A stretch of DNA of 64,000 nucleotides, taken from positions 1,824,001 to 1,888,000 of the forward strand of contig CBDASK010000003.1 in assembly GCA_965199495.1 (NCBI GenBank). The letters are read 5' to 3'. The stretch comes from Abditibacterium sp. GTDB lineage: Bacteria; Armatimonadota; Abditibacteriia; Abditibacteriales; Abditibacteriaceae. The translations under genes and the position numbers were made by a program. This document shows, piece after piece, positions 11,418 through 21,243 of the stretch. Every line of letters begins with the position of its first letter. Position 1 is the first letter of the stretch. Under the pieces are notes generated by a model, which had not been told where the DNA came from, made no database searches, and saw only the letters and a list, made by a program, of their open reading frames with translations.

Positions 11418-11455
11418 AAAAAGAGCCGCTCACAAATGTGGACGGCTCTTTTTTT
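11418..11455. terminator. Intrinsic terminator
   Basis: AAAAAGAGCCG...CGGCTCTTTTTT hairpin just after the oxidoreductase stop. Confidence 0.65.
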
Positions 11456-11465
11456 CTTGCGAATT

Positions 11466-12473
11466 TCACATTAATTCGCTCACCATAACTTCGCGTTTTT
11501 CTTGCGCGCTTTGAATCGCCGCGAAAACCATCGCCAGCGATTTCAAGTTGTCCTGAGCGCCGCACTCCGGCTGGCGGTTATCACGGATGGCAGCGAAAAA
11601 TTCGTCCAACATCGCTTGATCGGCGGGCGCGGTTTCGTCCAATTTAATTTCGCGGTGATCGACTTTTTCTTCGGCGCGATGCAGATGCGAATGGAACAAT
11701 TTATCGTTTTCCCAATCGAGCGAACCCTGCGGGCCTTCGAGGCGCCAGTCGCCATTGTAGGTCGTGCGCGAACCGACGGCGGCGCCGTTGGCGACGTGCG
11801 TGGCGACCAAACCCGACGCGAACCCAAACGTAATCGAATGACAGGCATCGCCCGCGTGCCAGCCCTACGAGGGATTCCACGTTTGGGCGCGCACGCTCAC
11901 TGGGTCTTCGTTGATAACATAGCGCATCATGTCGAAATGATGCACCATCATATCGTTGATGAGCATAAACGGCTCGGTCACATAATGCGAGCCGGGAATA
12001 TCGGCCCAGTTCATGTAAAACTTGATGTCGCACTGGCCGGGCTTGCCGATTAAACCTTCGTCCAAAACGCGGCGCGAAGTGCGCGGCAACGCGCCAAAAC
12101 GATAATTTTGCGTGATCATATGCGTCAGTCCGGCGGCGTGGCTGGCGGCGGCGACCTTTTTGGCGCTCTCGAAATTATCCGATAACGGCTTTTCGCCGAT
12201 GACGTGCAAACCGTTTTCAAACGCCTGAAACGCGATTTCGGGATGAACCGCCGGAGGCGTCACATCCAACACGAAATCGGCGTCAGAATTTTGGATCGCT
12301 TCATCGAGCGAAGCGAAAATCGTGTCGCGCGCGACATCGTGCTTTTCCACGGCGCGGGTAATCGAGCCTTCATAAGGTTCGACAAACGCGACGATTTCAA
12401 CATCGGGATGGCGGCGCGCATTGCCCAGCCAATGTAAGCCACGTCCGCCCAGTCCAGTGAGAATTGCTTTCAT
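11466..12473 (-). pseudogene. Gfo/Idh/MocA oxidoreductase interrupted by an in-frame TAG
   Basis: GLGGRG, EKP, QNYRF and DMMVHHFD motifs; reads WNPS*GWHAGDACH with TAG at 11867-11865, and the C-terminal half continues in the same frame to 11466. Confidence 0.8.
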
Positions 12474-12503
12474 GATATTTGGATTATTTAATTTGACACT
12501 CAT

Positions 12504-12581
12504 CTGCGGGGCTGACGCCCTCTTCCAATCGGCGGTTTTTCGAAGAATTCCACCGATTGGAAAAGGGCGTCAGCCCCGCAG
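12504..12581. repeat. family B palindromic doublet
   Basis: CTGCGGGGCTGACGCCCTCTTCCAATCGG...CCGATTGGAAAAGGGCGTCAGCCCCGCAG. Confidence 0.85.
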
Positions 12582-12660
12582 AACAATGAAAATTGCGATG
12601 AAACCGCACTGTCAAATTAAAAAGTCAGAATTCAATAACTTACGAAATTTCTGCTACATT

Positions 12661-13485
12661 TCAGGCTTTGTCAATGCACGCGCGAACGTAATCCAAACTT
12701 TTGGCGAGGTTCGCCGCTTTTTCTTCGTCGTTACTGCCGGTGATTCCGCATTCGTAAGCCATATATTGATCGAAACCGTTGGCTTTCAAAACCTTGAATG
12801 ACGCGACGAAATCAATGTTACCCGTCCCCGGTTCCATGCGCGTGTTGTCAGCCAGATGAATCGCGGTCGTATAACCTTTGGCGGCGGCAAAGGCGCCGGG
12901 CAAATCGGTTTCTTCGATGTTCATGTGGAAGAAATCCGATAACAAGCCGATACCAGCCACGCCCGCTTCGTCCATGATGCGCATACCGTCGGCTTGCGTT
13001 TTCAGGTAATGTTGCTCGTAGCGATTGAGCGGTTCGAGCATGAACAACGTGTGGTTTTCGGCGGCAATCGGGCCAAGTTCGCGGCAGGCTTCGATCATCA
13101 AAGCGTCTTCGAGTTGAGCGATGGTGAACGCGGGCGACAAATCGGGCACGACCGGCCCGCCGAAAATCGGTGGCGCGATTTGACCGACGGCGCCCAATTC
13201 GCCGCAAATTTTGAGGATTGATTTAGAGCCATCAATCGAGGCGCGCCGTTTTTTCTTGTCAGCGTCAATGAAGTTAAACGAGGCCGTGCCATCGGGCGTG
13301 GCATTAGCGCACACGCTCGAAACCGGCAATGTGCCGTTGATTTCGTCGGCCTGTCGGCGCAGTTCGTCGTTGGAGACGCCAAACACGCCCAGTTCAATGC
13401 CCTGCGCGCCATGATCTTTGGCCCAATGCGCTTTGTCGGCGGTCGTTTTGCCGGGAATCAAACCCAGTTGAAGTGCGATTTTCAT
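12661..13485 (-). CDS. sugar phosphate isomerase/epimerase (xylose isomerase-like TIM barrel)
   Basis: LEPLNRYE, DFFHMNIEE, HLADNTRMEPGTG and final E metal ligands. Confidence 0.88.
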   Translation of the reverse strand: MKIALQLGLIPGKTTADKAHWAKDHGAQGIELGVFGVSNDELRRQADEINGTLPVSSVCANATPDGTASFNFIDADKKKRRASIDGSKSILKICGELGAVGQIAPPIFGGPVVPDLSPAFTIAQLEDALMIEACRELGPIAAENHTLFMLEPLNRYEQHYLKTQADGMRIMDEAGVAGIGLLSDFFHMNIEETDLPGAFAAAKGYTTAIHLADNTRMEPGTGNIDFVASFKVLKANGFDQYMAYECGITGSNDEEKAANLAKSLDYVRACIDKA

Positions 13486-13514
13486 AAGAATTTTTGCGGA
13501 AGCGACACAAGTCT

Positions 13515-13558
13515 AAAACAAAACCCCGCGCCGAAATTTCGGCGCGGGGTTTTGTTTT
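13515..13558. terminator. Intrinsic terminator (bidirectional-type hairpin)
   Basis: AAAACAAAACCCCGCGCCGAAATTTCGGCGCGGGGTTTTGTTTT. Confidence 0.7.
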
Positions 13559-13570
13559 CGGATGGGCAAT

Positions 13571-14344
13571 TCAGCCTTTGTCCACGGTCTGCTGCCACCC
13601 GATGGTATTGTCTTTCAACCAAGTTCCAACAGTGCTGGCGTTGGGTTCTTCTTCCGCCGTCCACTGGTTGGTATTTTGAATCGTGGTAATGGGTTTGATC
13701 GCTTTGGCGTGTCCGTCGGCGAACGCGAAAACGCACGTTCCCAGGTGACCTTTGAAGCCAGCCCACGGCACCAACTCGCTGTAAATGTTATTGCTCTCAC
13801 CGATCAAGATCGTGCCTGCACTATCGCCAACGGCGGATAAGGAGAGCGGATCGGCATCAGTGCCGTTGCCGCGTCGTGCGGGGGTTTTGCCGTAACCACC
13901 GCCAACGGTGCTCAAGTTGTCGGTGTTATCCAAACCGTTGATGGCATAAGAGATGTGGAACACCGGCTGGCCAGCGGGCACGACACTGGGGTCGCTATCA
14001 TAAGCCCGAATGGTGTTGCCGGTGTTAGAGGGGCACTCATAAATCTGTGTGCTCTTAACGTAGGGAAAAGTCGTGCGGCGCCACGAATTGTACTCGAACG
14101 TTACACCATTGCCGTTACCAATATAACGCGCTGGATATTTCTCGTCGTAATCCTGCGTGTATTGCATGATTCCCAAACCGATCTGTTTGAGATTCGAGAG
14201 GCAGGACGCGCGACGCGCGTTTTCGCGCGCACGCGCAAAAACTGGGAACAAAATGGCCGCCAAAATCGCGATAATCGCGATAACGACCAAAAGCTCGATC
14301 AAAGTGAAGCCGGAACGGGGGGGACGGGAACCAAAATTTTTCAT
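13571..14344 (-). CDS. DUF1559 prepilin-type N-terminal cleavage/methylation protein with H-X9-DG motif
   Basis: [47 protein letters not shown] at the N-terminus; [15 protein letters not shown] near the C-terminus. Confidence 0.93.
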   Translation of the reverse strand: MKNFGSRPPRSGFTLIELLVVIAIIAILAAILFPVFARARENARRASCLSNLKQIGLGIMQYTQDYDEKYPARYIGNGNGVTFEYNSWRRTTFPYVKSTQIYECPSNTGNTIRAYDSDPSVVPAGQPVFHISYAINGLDNTDNLSTVGGGYGKTPARRGNGTDADPLSLSAVGDSAGTILIGESNNIYSELVPWAGFKGHLGTCVFAFADGHAKAIKPITTIQNTNQWTAEEEPNASTVGTWLKDNTIGWQQTVDKG

Positions 14345-14599
14345 GAAATTTCCTGTGAAGCAAGCGGCTTTTGGAAAGACGCTTAAATATAAATTTTGTG
14401 TAGCCAATTGCCTTATGTCGAAAAGATACCGGTATTGAACATCACAAAAATTGATTTGCCTGAACGCACAATTAAAGTCAATCTTGCGCTCACTTGTTAA
14501 TAAGTATACCCACGACAAGATGGTTTCAAACATCTTTTTCTAAGAATTTTCAAAAAACGCTCGTGCGGGAATTTCCGCACGAGCGTTTTTAAGAGAATT

Positions 14600-16204
14600 T
14601 CACTTCTTTTTCTTTTTGCCTTCGGGATCCGCCAAATCAATGCGCGTTTCGCTCAACACGCCGCCTTCGATGCGAAAGCCTTCGGTCGCAATCGCGTTGA
14701 CGAACGGTTCGTCGTGAGAAGCCACGACGAGCGTGCCCTTGAAACCTTTCAAGGCTTCCATCAAAACCTCGCGCGAATTCACGTCCATGTGGTTGGTCGG
14801 CTCGTCCAATAAGAGTAAATTCGCCGGACGCAACAGAAACTTGGCGAGGGCGACGCGCGTGCGTTCGCCGCCCGACAAAACTTTGACCGGTTTGTAAACG
14901 GCGTCGCCGCGAATCAGCAAACGTCCGAGCAGCGAGCGCGCCATCGGTTCGGGCCGACTTTCCAAGCCGTCGAGAGTTTCGTCCAAAACGCTGCGACTTT
15001 CGTCGAGGGCTTCGGCTTGATGCTGCGCGAAATAACCGATTTCCAAGTTGCGGCCTTCTTCGCGCTCGCCGGTCGTCGGCTTTTCAACGCCCGCGATAAT
15101 GCGCAACAATGTGGATTTGCCCGCGCCGTTTGGCCCCAGCAACGCCAAACGGTCGCCGCGTTTGAGCTTGATGCTCACATCTTTTAAAACCTCTTTCCCA
15201 TCGTAAGATTTGGCGACATCTTTCAAGCGCATCGGCTCTTGCGACGATTGTTTGGCTTCAGGAAATTCGAGGTAAATCTTGCGGCTCGGCCCTTTGGGCG
15301 CCTCGACCTTGTCCATGCGATCAATCGCTTTTTCCTTCGATTTCGCCGCTTTGGCTTTGCTGGCCTTGGCGCCAAAACGCGTAATGAACTCTTGCTGGCG
15401 CTCGATTTCTTTCTGCTGGCGCTCGAAAGCCGCCAACTGATTGTCATAGTTTTTCTGTTTCTGCTCGACGTAATCCGAATAATTTCCGGCGTATTGTTCC
15501 AGTTTGCCTTCGTCCAACTCGACGATTTTCTCGCAGGTCGCGTCCAGAAATTCGGGATCGTGCGAAATGGTAAAAACCGAGCCGGGGTAAGTCGCGATAT
15601 AACCCATCAGCCATTCGATGGTTTTGGCGTCGAGATGGTTGGTCGGCTCGTCTAACATCAACAAATCGGGCTGGCGCAACAGCAATTTCGCCATCGCGAT
15701 GCGCATTTGCCAGCCGCCGCTAAAAGTATCGGTCAGCCGATCCAACGCGTCTTGCGGAAAACCCAGACCGTTCAAAACCTTGCCGATGCGCGCTTCCATT
15801 GTTTCGGTGCTTTGCATTTCCAAGTCGGTCTGGGCCTGCGACAGTTGCCGCAACGCATTGCGCGCTTCGTGGTCGCGCGCGGTTTCCAATTTTTCGGCGA
15901 GCGCTTCGATGCGATTTTGCGCCTCGTCGGTTTCGGGAAACGCCGATTGCATTTCCTCGCGCACGGTGATGCCCAGACGGCACTGCGATTCCTGCGACAA
16001 CATACCGACGGTTTTATGATCGTCCATGCGCACGGTTCCCGTATCGGGTTCTTCGTCGCCCATGATCATTTTGAAGAGCGTGGACTTGCCAGTTCCGTTG
16101 GGGCCAACTAAACCGACGCGGTCGTCGGGGCCAATAAAAAGATCGGCGTGGTCGTAGAGAACCTGCACGCCGTATTGTTTTTGAATTTTATCTATTGATA
16201 ACAC
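14600..16204 (-). CDS. ABC-F family ATPase
   Basis: Two ABC domains (GPNGTGKS/FSGGW/LDEPTNHLD and GPNGAGKS/LSGGE/LDEPTNH), a linker, and no TM segments. Confidence 0.93.
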   Translation of the reverse strand: MLSIDKIQKQYGVQVLYDHADLFIGPDDRVGLVGPNGTGKSTLFKMIMGDEEPDTGTVRMDDHKTVGMLSQESQCRLGITVREEMQSAFPETDEAQNRIEALAEKLETARDHEARNALRQLSQAQTDLEMQSTETMEARIGKVLNGLGFPQDALDRLTDTFSGGWQMRIAMAKLLLRQPDLLMLDEPTNHLDAKTIEWLMGYIATYPGSVFTISHDPEFLDATCEKIVELDEGKLEQYAGNYSDYVEQKQKNYDNQLAAFERQQKEIERQQEFITRFGAKASKAKAAKSKEKAIDRMDKVEAPKGPSRKIYLEFPEAKQSSQEPMRLKDVAKSYDGKEVLKDVSIKLKRGDRLALLGPNGAGKSTLLRIIAGVEKPTTGEREEGRNLEIGYFAQHQAEALDESRSVLDETLDGLESRPEPMARSLLGRLLIRGDAVYKPVKVLSGGERTRVALAKFLLRPANLLLLDEPTNHMDVNSREVLMEALKGFKGTLVVASHDEPFVNAIATEGFRIEGGVLSETRIDLADPEGKKKKK

Positions 16205-16240
16205 GTAGGATTAGTTTAAACGGTTGGTAGTTCGGAAGTC

Positions 16241-16406
16241 AGAAGTTAAGCCGTGTTGTCATTCTGAGCGAAGAGAGGCACGAACGAAGTCGAAGAATCC
16301 ATGACGTAAGGTTCTCAACGAAAGCGAACTTCATGCGCAACTTCATGGATTCTTCGACTTCGTTCGTGCCTCTCTTCGCTCAGAATGACAACACGGCTTA
16401 ACTTCT
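16241..16406. repeat. Perfect 64-bp inverted repeat (TGTC/CGTC-tagged REP-like doublet)
   Basis: 16241-16304 is the reverse complement of 16343-16406; contains TGTCATTCTGAGCGAAG...GAAGAATC. Confidence 0.9.
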
Positions 16407-16459
16407 CCGCGAATTATGCTAAATTTAAAAGGAGAATTCCCCTCGCAAGAGATTTTATA

Positions 16460-17017
16460 ATGCCAAATAACGTGATTTCCCAGATGGAAAAGCGCATGAA
16501 AAAAGCGCTCGAAGACCTTGATAGCGATTTTGCCATCCTCCGCACCGGACGAGCCACGCCGGCTTTGCTCGACCGCATCATGGTGGATTATTATGGTTCG
16601 CCCACGCCTTTGAAAGGTCTGGCGACGATTTCGACGCCCGACGCCCGCCAATTATTGGTTTCGCCGTTCGACAAATCGGCGTCAGGTCAAATCGCCAACG
16701 CGATTGCCAAAAGCGACTTGGGCGTCGGCGCCAATGTGGACGGCAATAACGTCCGCGTTTCCGTTCCCAACCTGACCGAAGAACGCCGCAAAGAGATGGT
16801 CAAATTGGCGGGCAAACACGCCGAGCAACACAAAATCGCCGTGCGTAACATTCGCCGCGACGCCAACGACGAGTTCAAGAAAATGGAAAAAGAAGGCGAC
16901 ATTTCCAAAGACGAACTGAAAACCTACGAAGGCGACGTGCAGAAAGTCACCGATAAATATATTAAGGACATTGACGAGGCCAAAGCCTCGAAAGAAGTCG
17001 AGATTATGGAAGTTTAG
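16460..17017 (+). CDS. frr: ribosome recycling factor
   Basis: LRTGRATPALLDRIMVDYYG, PNLTEERRKE, VRNIRRDAN and KEVEIMEV; 185 aa. Confidence 0.97.
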   Translation: MPNNVISQMEKRMKKALEDLDSDFAILRTGRATPALLDRIMVDYYGSPTPLKGLATISTPDARQLLVSPFDKSASGQIANAIAKSDLGVGANVDGNNVRVSVPNLTEERRKEMVKLAGKHAEQHKIAVRNIRRDANDEFKKMEKEGDISKDELKTYEGDVQKVTDKYIKDIDEAKASKEVEIMEV

Positions 17018-17084
17018 AATTGCGGATATTTTCCCTCACCCGGCTTCGTGTGAGGGAAAATATCCGCAATCGCCACGGAAATAT

Positions 17085-17312
17085 ATGTCCCTGCTCAACT
17101 TGCCGCTCGCCGTGGCTGTTAGTCTCGCGGGCGAGCGCGAACTCGAAATTATCGAGACCGCGCCGCCGCGTGAGCCGCGTCATTATACGCCGCAGTGGGG
17201 CGATTGGCGCGTGGTTCGCGAGCGCGAAACCGAAAATGGCGCGTTGCAATTGACCGTCGCGCGTGAACTATTGAAAGAACATTCGCACGAATCGCGCCCG
17301 AAAATTCGCTAA
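17085..17312 (+). CDS. small hypothetical protein
   Basis: 75-aa ORF co-oriented between frr and uppS; no recognisable motif. Confidence 0.4.
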   Translation: MSLLNLPLAVAVSLAGERELEIIETAPPREPRHYTPQWGDWRVVRERETENGALQLTVARELLKEHSHESRPKIR

Positions 17313-17363
17313 ACTTGCCCACTTGCGCGCGTTTTATATTTCGCAATCAGGCCCGCAACCGCT

Positions 17364-18176
17364 ATGTTTCTTCGTAACGTGAAACCCGAAGTCGCTTTCC
17401 TCGATAATCCCGATGCTCCTACAAACGGCCATTCCAATGGGGACAGCCACGGCGCGCCCGGCGAAGAGCCGCTCGATATGAGCCGCTTGCCCAAGCACAT
17501 CGCCATCATTATGGATGGCAACCGGCGCTGGGCCAAAGATCAGGGTTGGCGCGCGATTCGCGGCCACAGCGTCGGCGCCGACGTGACGCAAAACGTGATT
17601 CAGGAATGCGTGGATTTGGGCGTTCACGCGTTGACGCTTTATACGTTTTCGACCGAAAACTGGAAGCGTTCGAGCGCCGAAGTCGGCGCTTTGATGCGCC
17701 TGATTACGCGCAATTTGAAAAGCCAGTTGCCGCGCATGCAACGCAACAACGTGCAAATTCGCCACATCGGTTTGCGCGATAATTTGCCCGATTATCTGCT
17801 CAATCAGTTGGACGAATGCACAAACACGACGGTGAAAAACACCGGATTAGTGTTGAATTTGGCTTTGAATTACGGTGGACGCGCCGAAATCGCCGATACC
17901 TTTCGCAAATTGATGGGCAAAGTGCAAGACGGTTTATTAAAGGCCGAAGAGATTACCGAAGAAGTGATTGGCCGCGCGCTCTATACCGGCGATTTGCCCG
18001 AACCCGATTTGATGATTCGCACCGGCGGCGAAATGCGCATCTCCAACTTTTTGCCGTGGCAAATCGCCTACGCCGAACTGTGGATCACGCCAACGCTGTG
18101 GCCCGAATTCAAACCCGTCGAACTGCGCCACGCCATCCGCGAATTTCAGTTTCGCGACCGCCGCGTCGGAAGCTAA
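17364..18176 (+). CDS. uppS: undecaprenyl diphosphate synthase (cis-prenyltransferase)
   Basis: HIAIIMDGNRRWA, FSTENWKRS, LNYGGRAEI and IRTGGEMRISNFLPWQ; follows frr. Confidence 0.96.
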   Translation: MFLRNVKPEVAFLDNPDAPTNGHSNGDSHGAPGEEPLDMSRLPKHIAIIMDGNRRWAKDQGWRAIRGHSVGADVTQNVIQECVDLGVHALTLYTFSTENWKRSSAEVGALMRLITRNLKSQLPRMQRNNVQIRHIGLRDNLPDYLLNQLDECTNTTVKNTGLVLNLALNYGGRAEIADTFRKLMGKVQDGLLKAEEITEEVIGRALYTGDLPEPDLMIRTGGEMRISNFLPWQIAYAELWITPTLWPEFKPVELRHAIREFQFRDRRVGS

Positions 18177-18185
18177 TTCAGCAAC

Positions 18186-18225
18186 AAAAAAGCGGGCGCA
18201 ACTTTTGGAAGTTGCGCCCGCTTTT
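18186..18225. terminator. Bidirectional terminator between convergent genes
   Basis: AAAAAAGCGGGCGCAACTT...AAGTTGCGCCCGCTTTT. Confidence 0.75.
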
Positions 18226-18240
18226 CTTTTCGCCTGATTT

Positions 18241-18933
18241 TTACCGGTTGCGCGTGACGGTTACGCTGGCGTTACGAATATCGTTGTTGCCGGAACGCTG
18301 GCCGTAGATGCGCACCTTGTCATTCTTGCTCAAGCGCGGCGCCGCATTGTTCGCGTAAACGTTGTAAGTCGTGCTACCTACGCGAACATCAAATTCGCGG
18401 CTGTTGCGCACGCTGGTGACAATTCCAATGAAATTCTGGTAACGATTACCATCGTTGTTGTCGTCACGGCGTGGGTCGTTGCGGTTGTTACGAGTGATGC
18501 GAACTGTGGCGTTGCGAATATCGTTATCGCCGTAAGGGCGCCCGTAAACGCTTACTTCGTCGCCTTTGCTCAAACCGCGCGGAATGCTGGACGAAGTGTA
18601 GATGTTGTAGGTGCGACCATTGGCGCGCAAATCGAAGCTGTTGCCGCTACGCACGTTGGTTACGGTGCCGCCGAAACTCGCGCTGTCGCGATTGTTGCGC
18701 TCATCACGGTCATAGCGCTCGCGATAATCGCGGTCATTGTCGTAACGCTCGCGGTCATAACGCTCGATGCGACGCTCCTCTTTTCTGGCTTGCTTGTCTT
18801 TGGCGCGGCGACCATAAGCGGGCGCGTGAGACGGTGGATCGGCTTGAGCCATCGGCGCCATCAAAGGAGCGATGGCGAAGCCGCTCGTCAAAACGGCGGC
18901 CAGTAGGGTGCGTGAAATTTTAGTTGTGTTCAT
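18241..18933 (-). CDS. secreted protein: R/D-rich region plus two ~65-aa beta-rich (OB-fold/DUF5666-like) repeats
   Basis: Signal peptide ending AQA, PPSHAPAYGRRAKD motif, two FxGxVTxVR..FDxR...TYNxY...GDxVxxYG...NDIR repeats. Confidence 0.75.
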   Translation of the reverse strand: MNTTKISRTLLAAVLTSGFAIAPLMAPMAQADPPSHAPAYGRRAKDKQARKEERRIERYDRERYDNDRDYRERYDRDERNNRDSASFGGTVTNVRSGNSFDLRANGRTYNIYTSSSIPRGLSKGDEVSVYGRPYGDNDIRNATVRITRNNRNDPRRDDNNDGNRYQNFIGIVTSVRNSREFDVRVGSTTYNVYANNAAPRLSKNDKVRIYGQRSGNNDIRNASVTVTRNR

Positions 18934-18954
18934 GGTGTTTCCCTGCGAGCGAAC

Positions 18955-18983
18955 ATAGACCTACAAATTTACGCGCGAGTTCA
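18955..18983 (-). promoter_or_regulatory. putative ECF-sigma promoter
   Basis: TGAAC-N18-GTCTAT upstream of the start at 18933; matching motifs precede both paralogs. Confidence 0.55.
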
Positions 18984-19057
18984 AAAAAGCCTGCGTCCTT
19001 AACGTGAACAAATCTGAATTTTCAGGCGAACGAAACTTTTTAAGTCACCAAAATCTG

Positions 19058-20443
19058 TTACTCAACATCCGACACCCAAAAATAGTTCAGCACGCCGCCG
19101 TTGGCCTCGAAGCCGGGCAGCATCGGCAATACGAAGCGAACCGGCTTGCCCTTGATATAAAGCGGCGTGCGTGTGAAATGATACGACGAATGCGAGATGA
19201 AAGCGCCGCCGTGGCTGCTGCGAAGCGCGAGTTGCGTGGATTCGCCGCCGTCGAACAAAACCGCGTTTTTTACGTTTTGTTTTTTCCAAAATTGTTGGAC
19301 TTGCCGCACATCCCAGCCGCCGACTTGAACGTTACGCTCGCCCGCCTTTTCGCGTTGGTCGGCGCGCAAACTGGCCGCTTCGCCATCGGGATCGCGCACG
19401 CTGAGAATAGTGAATCGGTCGCCGTTCCAACCAACCGAAGTGCGCGAACATTTCAAAGTTGTGCCGCCCATGCCCGGCTTCAATTCGCGCGCTTGGCCAT
19501 CAACGATCAGCGCGCGCACGCCGCCCAACGCGCCATCGAATTGGCGCGCCAAATTCGCAAATTTTGCGTCTTCGACAAGGGTAAATTTCAGTTTGCCTTC
19601 CGCGCGTTTCCAGCCCAACAAACAATTTTGCGTCGGCCAATCGTCTTCTAAAACGCGCGTATCGTAATGCGCGACGCCGTTGCGCACAATCGGCGCTTCG
19701 TGCAACGCGACATAGGGAAACCGCGCGCCGAAAAATCCACCATTGACCGCGCATAAAGTTTTGCCGCCGTTGTAATTCTCGATTTTGCGCCAAACCAGCG
19801 GCATCGCTTGGCCGAGCCAACTCGCGTTTCGATTATCGAAAGGCCGCGCATCGTCGAAATCGGCGTCATAAACGCCCGCGTCAATCGCGCGCACATCGTA
19901 AGATAATAATCGGATTTGCGTGCCGTCATTCTCTTCGCGCGCGAAAATTAAGGCTTTACTTTCGACGTTTCGATAACTCGAACTCGTTAAATATTGCGCG
20001 CTCCACAAAGCGCACAATATCAGCGCCATAATTGCCGTAAGCGTCAATTTACGCGAAAATCGCGCGCCCAACAATCCGCCCGCCATCGCGAACGTGATCG
20101 CCAAAACCCAACTCAGCAAATGCGCGAAAGTTAATCCGCCCAATCCATCGCGCCACCAACCGAGGGGCGAAAAGCGTCCCATCAACAGCAGCCACGCCGC
20201 CAGCCAAAACGTGACGGCGCAAACACCGACGCGCCAACCCGCGCGTTTGAGAATCACGCCGCCTACAAATAATCCGCATAAGGGCGCCCAAACATCGCCG
20301 ATCATCAAAGTTTCGGGCGCGAAACTCCACAGGCAAATGCTCAGACTGAGCCAACCAGTGAGGCCGATTGCCACAAGCAAAGCCAAAAGGCACGCTCCCA
20401 CAATGGGAAGCGTGCCTTTGAGCCATTCAGGAATGCGGTGCAT
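19058..20443 (-). CDS. membrane-anchored phosphodiester glycosidase (NAGPA/DUF2233-like) protein
   Basis: About five N-terminal TM helices, then AVNGGFF, SRTSVG and LFDGGEST motifs. Confidence 0.65.
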   Translation of the reverse strand: MHRIPEWLKGTLPIVGACLLALLVAIGLTGWLSLSICLWSFAPETLMIGDVWAPLCGLFVGGVILKRAGWRVGVCAVTFWLAAWLLLMGRFSPLGWWRDGLGGLTFAHLLSWVLAITFAMAGGLLGARFSRKLTLTAIMALILCALWSAQYLTSSSYRNVESKALIFAREENDGTQIRLLSYDVRAIDAGVYDADFDDARPFDNRNASWLGQAMPLVWRKIENYNGGKTLCAVNGGFFGARFPYVALHEAPIVRNGVAHYDTRVLEDDWPTQNCLLGWKRAEGKLKFTLVEDAKFANLARQFDGALGGVRALIVDGQARELKPGMGGTTLKCSRTSVGWNGDRFTILSVRDPDGEAASLRADQREKAGERNVQVGGWDVRQVQQFWKKQNVKNAVLFDGGESTQLALRSSHGGAFISHSSYHFTRTPLYIKGKPVRFVLPMLPGFEANGGVLNYFWVSDVE

Positions 20444-20452
20444 CCCTTTATT

Positions 20453-21091
20453 TTACCGATTGCGCGTAATCGAGACGTTGGCGTTGCGGATATCGTTGGA
20501 GCCAGAGCGACTGCCATAAACGCGCACGCTATCGCCAACGCTCAGGCTACGCGTCGAAGATGAAGCGTAAACGTTATAGATTGTGCCACCAACCTTGACA
20601 TCGAAATCGCGGTCGCTGCGGACTCTGGTCACAACGCCGCTGAAGGTGCGAGCGTCGGTATTGCCGTAGTTGCCGTTGTAATTGCCGCGTCCGCCGGTAT
20701 TGCCGTAGTTGCCGTTGTAATTGCCGCGTCCGCCGGTATTGCCGTTGTAGTTGCCACGGTCGTAGTTATCGCGGTCGTAGTTATCGCGATTATCATTATC
20801 GCGGTCGTAGTTATCGCGGTCGTTGCGGTCGCGATCATCGTTGTTGCGGTCGTAGTTATCGCGGTCATAGCGGTCGCGGTTGTCGTTGTTGCGAGCATCG
20901 TCGCGCTTATCGTATTTTTTGTCCTTCTTATATTCCTTGTTTTTGCCCTTATCGTGGTCTTTGGCGCGGCGACCGTAAGCCGGAGCGTGGCTGGGCGGAG
21001 CGGCCTGAGCGGTCGGTGCCATTAAAGGAGCGATGGTCATAGCACCTAAGAGAGCCAGACCGAGAGAGATGCGAGAGTTGATGTTCTTCAT
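20453..21091 (-). CDS. secreted low-complexity protein with one beta-rich repeat domain (paralog of 18241-18933)
   Basis: Signal peptide, PPSHAPAYGRRAKD, DNYDR and GNYNGNYGNTGGR repeats, one domain ending ITRNR. Confidence 0.75.
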   Translation of the reverse strand: MKNINSRISLGLALLGAMTIAPLMAPTAQAAPPSHAPAYGRRAKDHDKGKNKEYKKDKKYDKRDDARNNDNRDRYDRDNYDRNNDDRDRNDRDNYDRDNDNRDNYDRDNYDRGNYNGNTGGRGNYNGNYGNTGGRGNYNGNYGNTDARTFSGVVTRVRSDRDFDVKVGGTIYNVYASSSTRSLSVGDSVRVYGSRSGSNDIRNANVSITRNR

Positions 21092-21126
21092 GTTGTTTTC
21101 CTTGGAAGGTTGATCTTCTGTTGCGT

Positions 21127-21154
21127 TTTGACTCCAGCGGCAAAGCGGAGTTCA
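21127..21154 (-). promoter_or_regulatory. putative ECF-sigma promoter
   Basis: TGAAC-N17-GTCAAA upstream of 21091. Confidence 0.55.
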
Positions 21155-21243
21155 TCAAATCAATGGGGATGACGAAGAATAACGCGCAGCCAAAACGCAA
21201 AGGCGCGCCCGATAAATGAGCGCGCCTTTGCGAAATTCGCATC

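Noticed and set aside
11865..11867. Pyrrolysine or stop-codon reassignment at the TAG
   Set aside because: No pyl genes are in the window, TAG ends other genes normally (7769, 17017), and a single TGG-to-TAG change explains it.
14345..14530. c-di-GMP riboswitch upstream of the DUF1559 gene
   Set aside because: A GGCAAA is present on the minus strand, but the GNRA-capped P2 and the GACGCAAAG/P3 elements are not.
20650..20900. 15-bp and 39-bp tandem repeats as an independent non-coding element
   Set aside because: Unit lengths are multiples of three and encode the low-complexity linker of the protein at 20453-21091.
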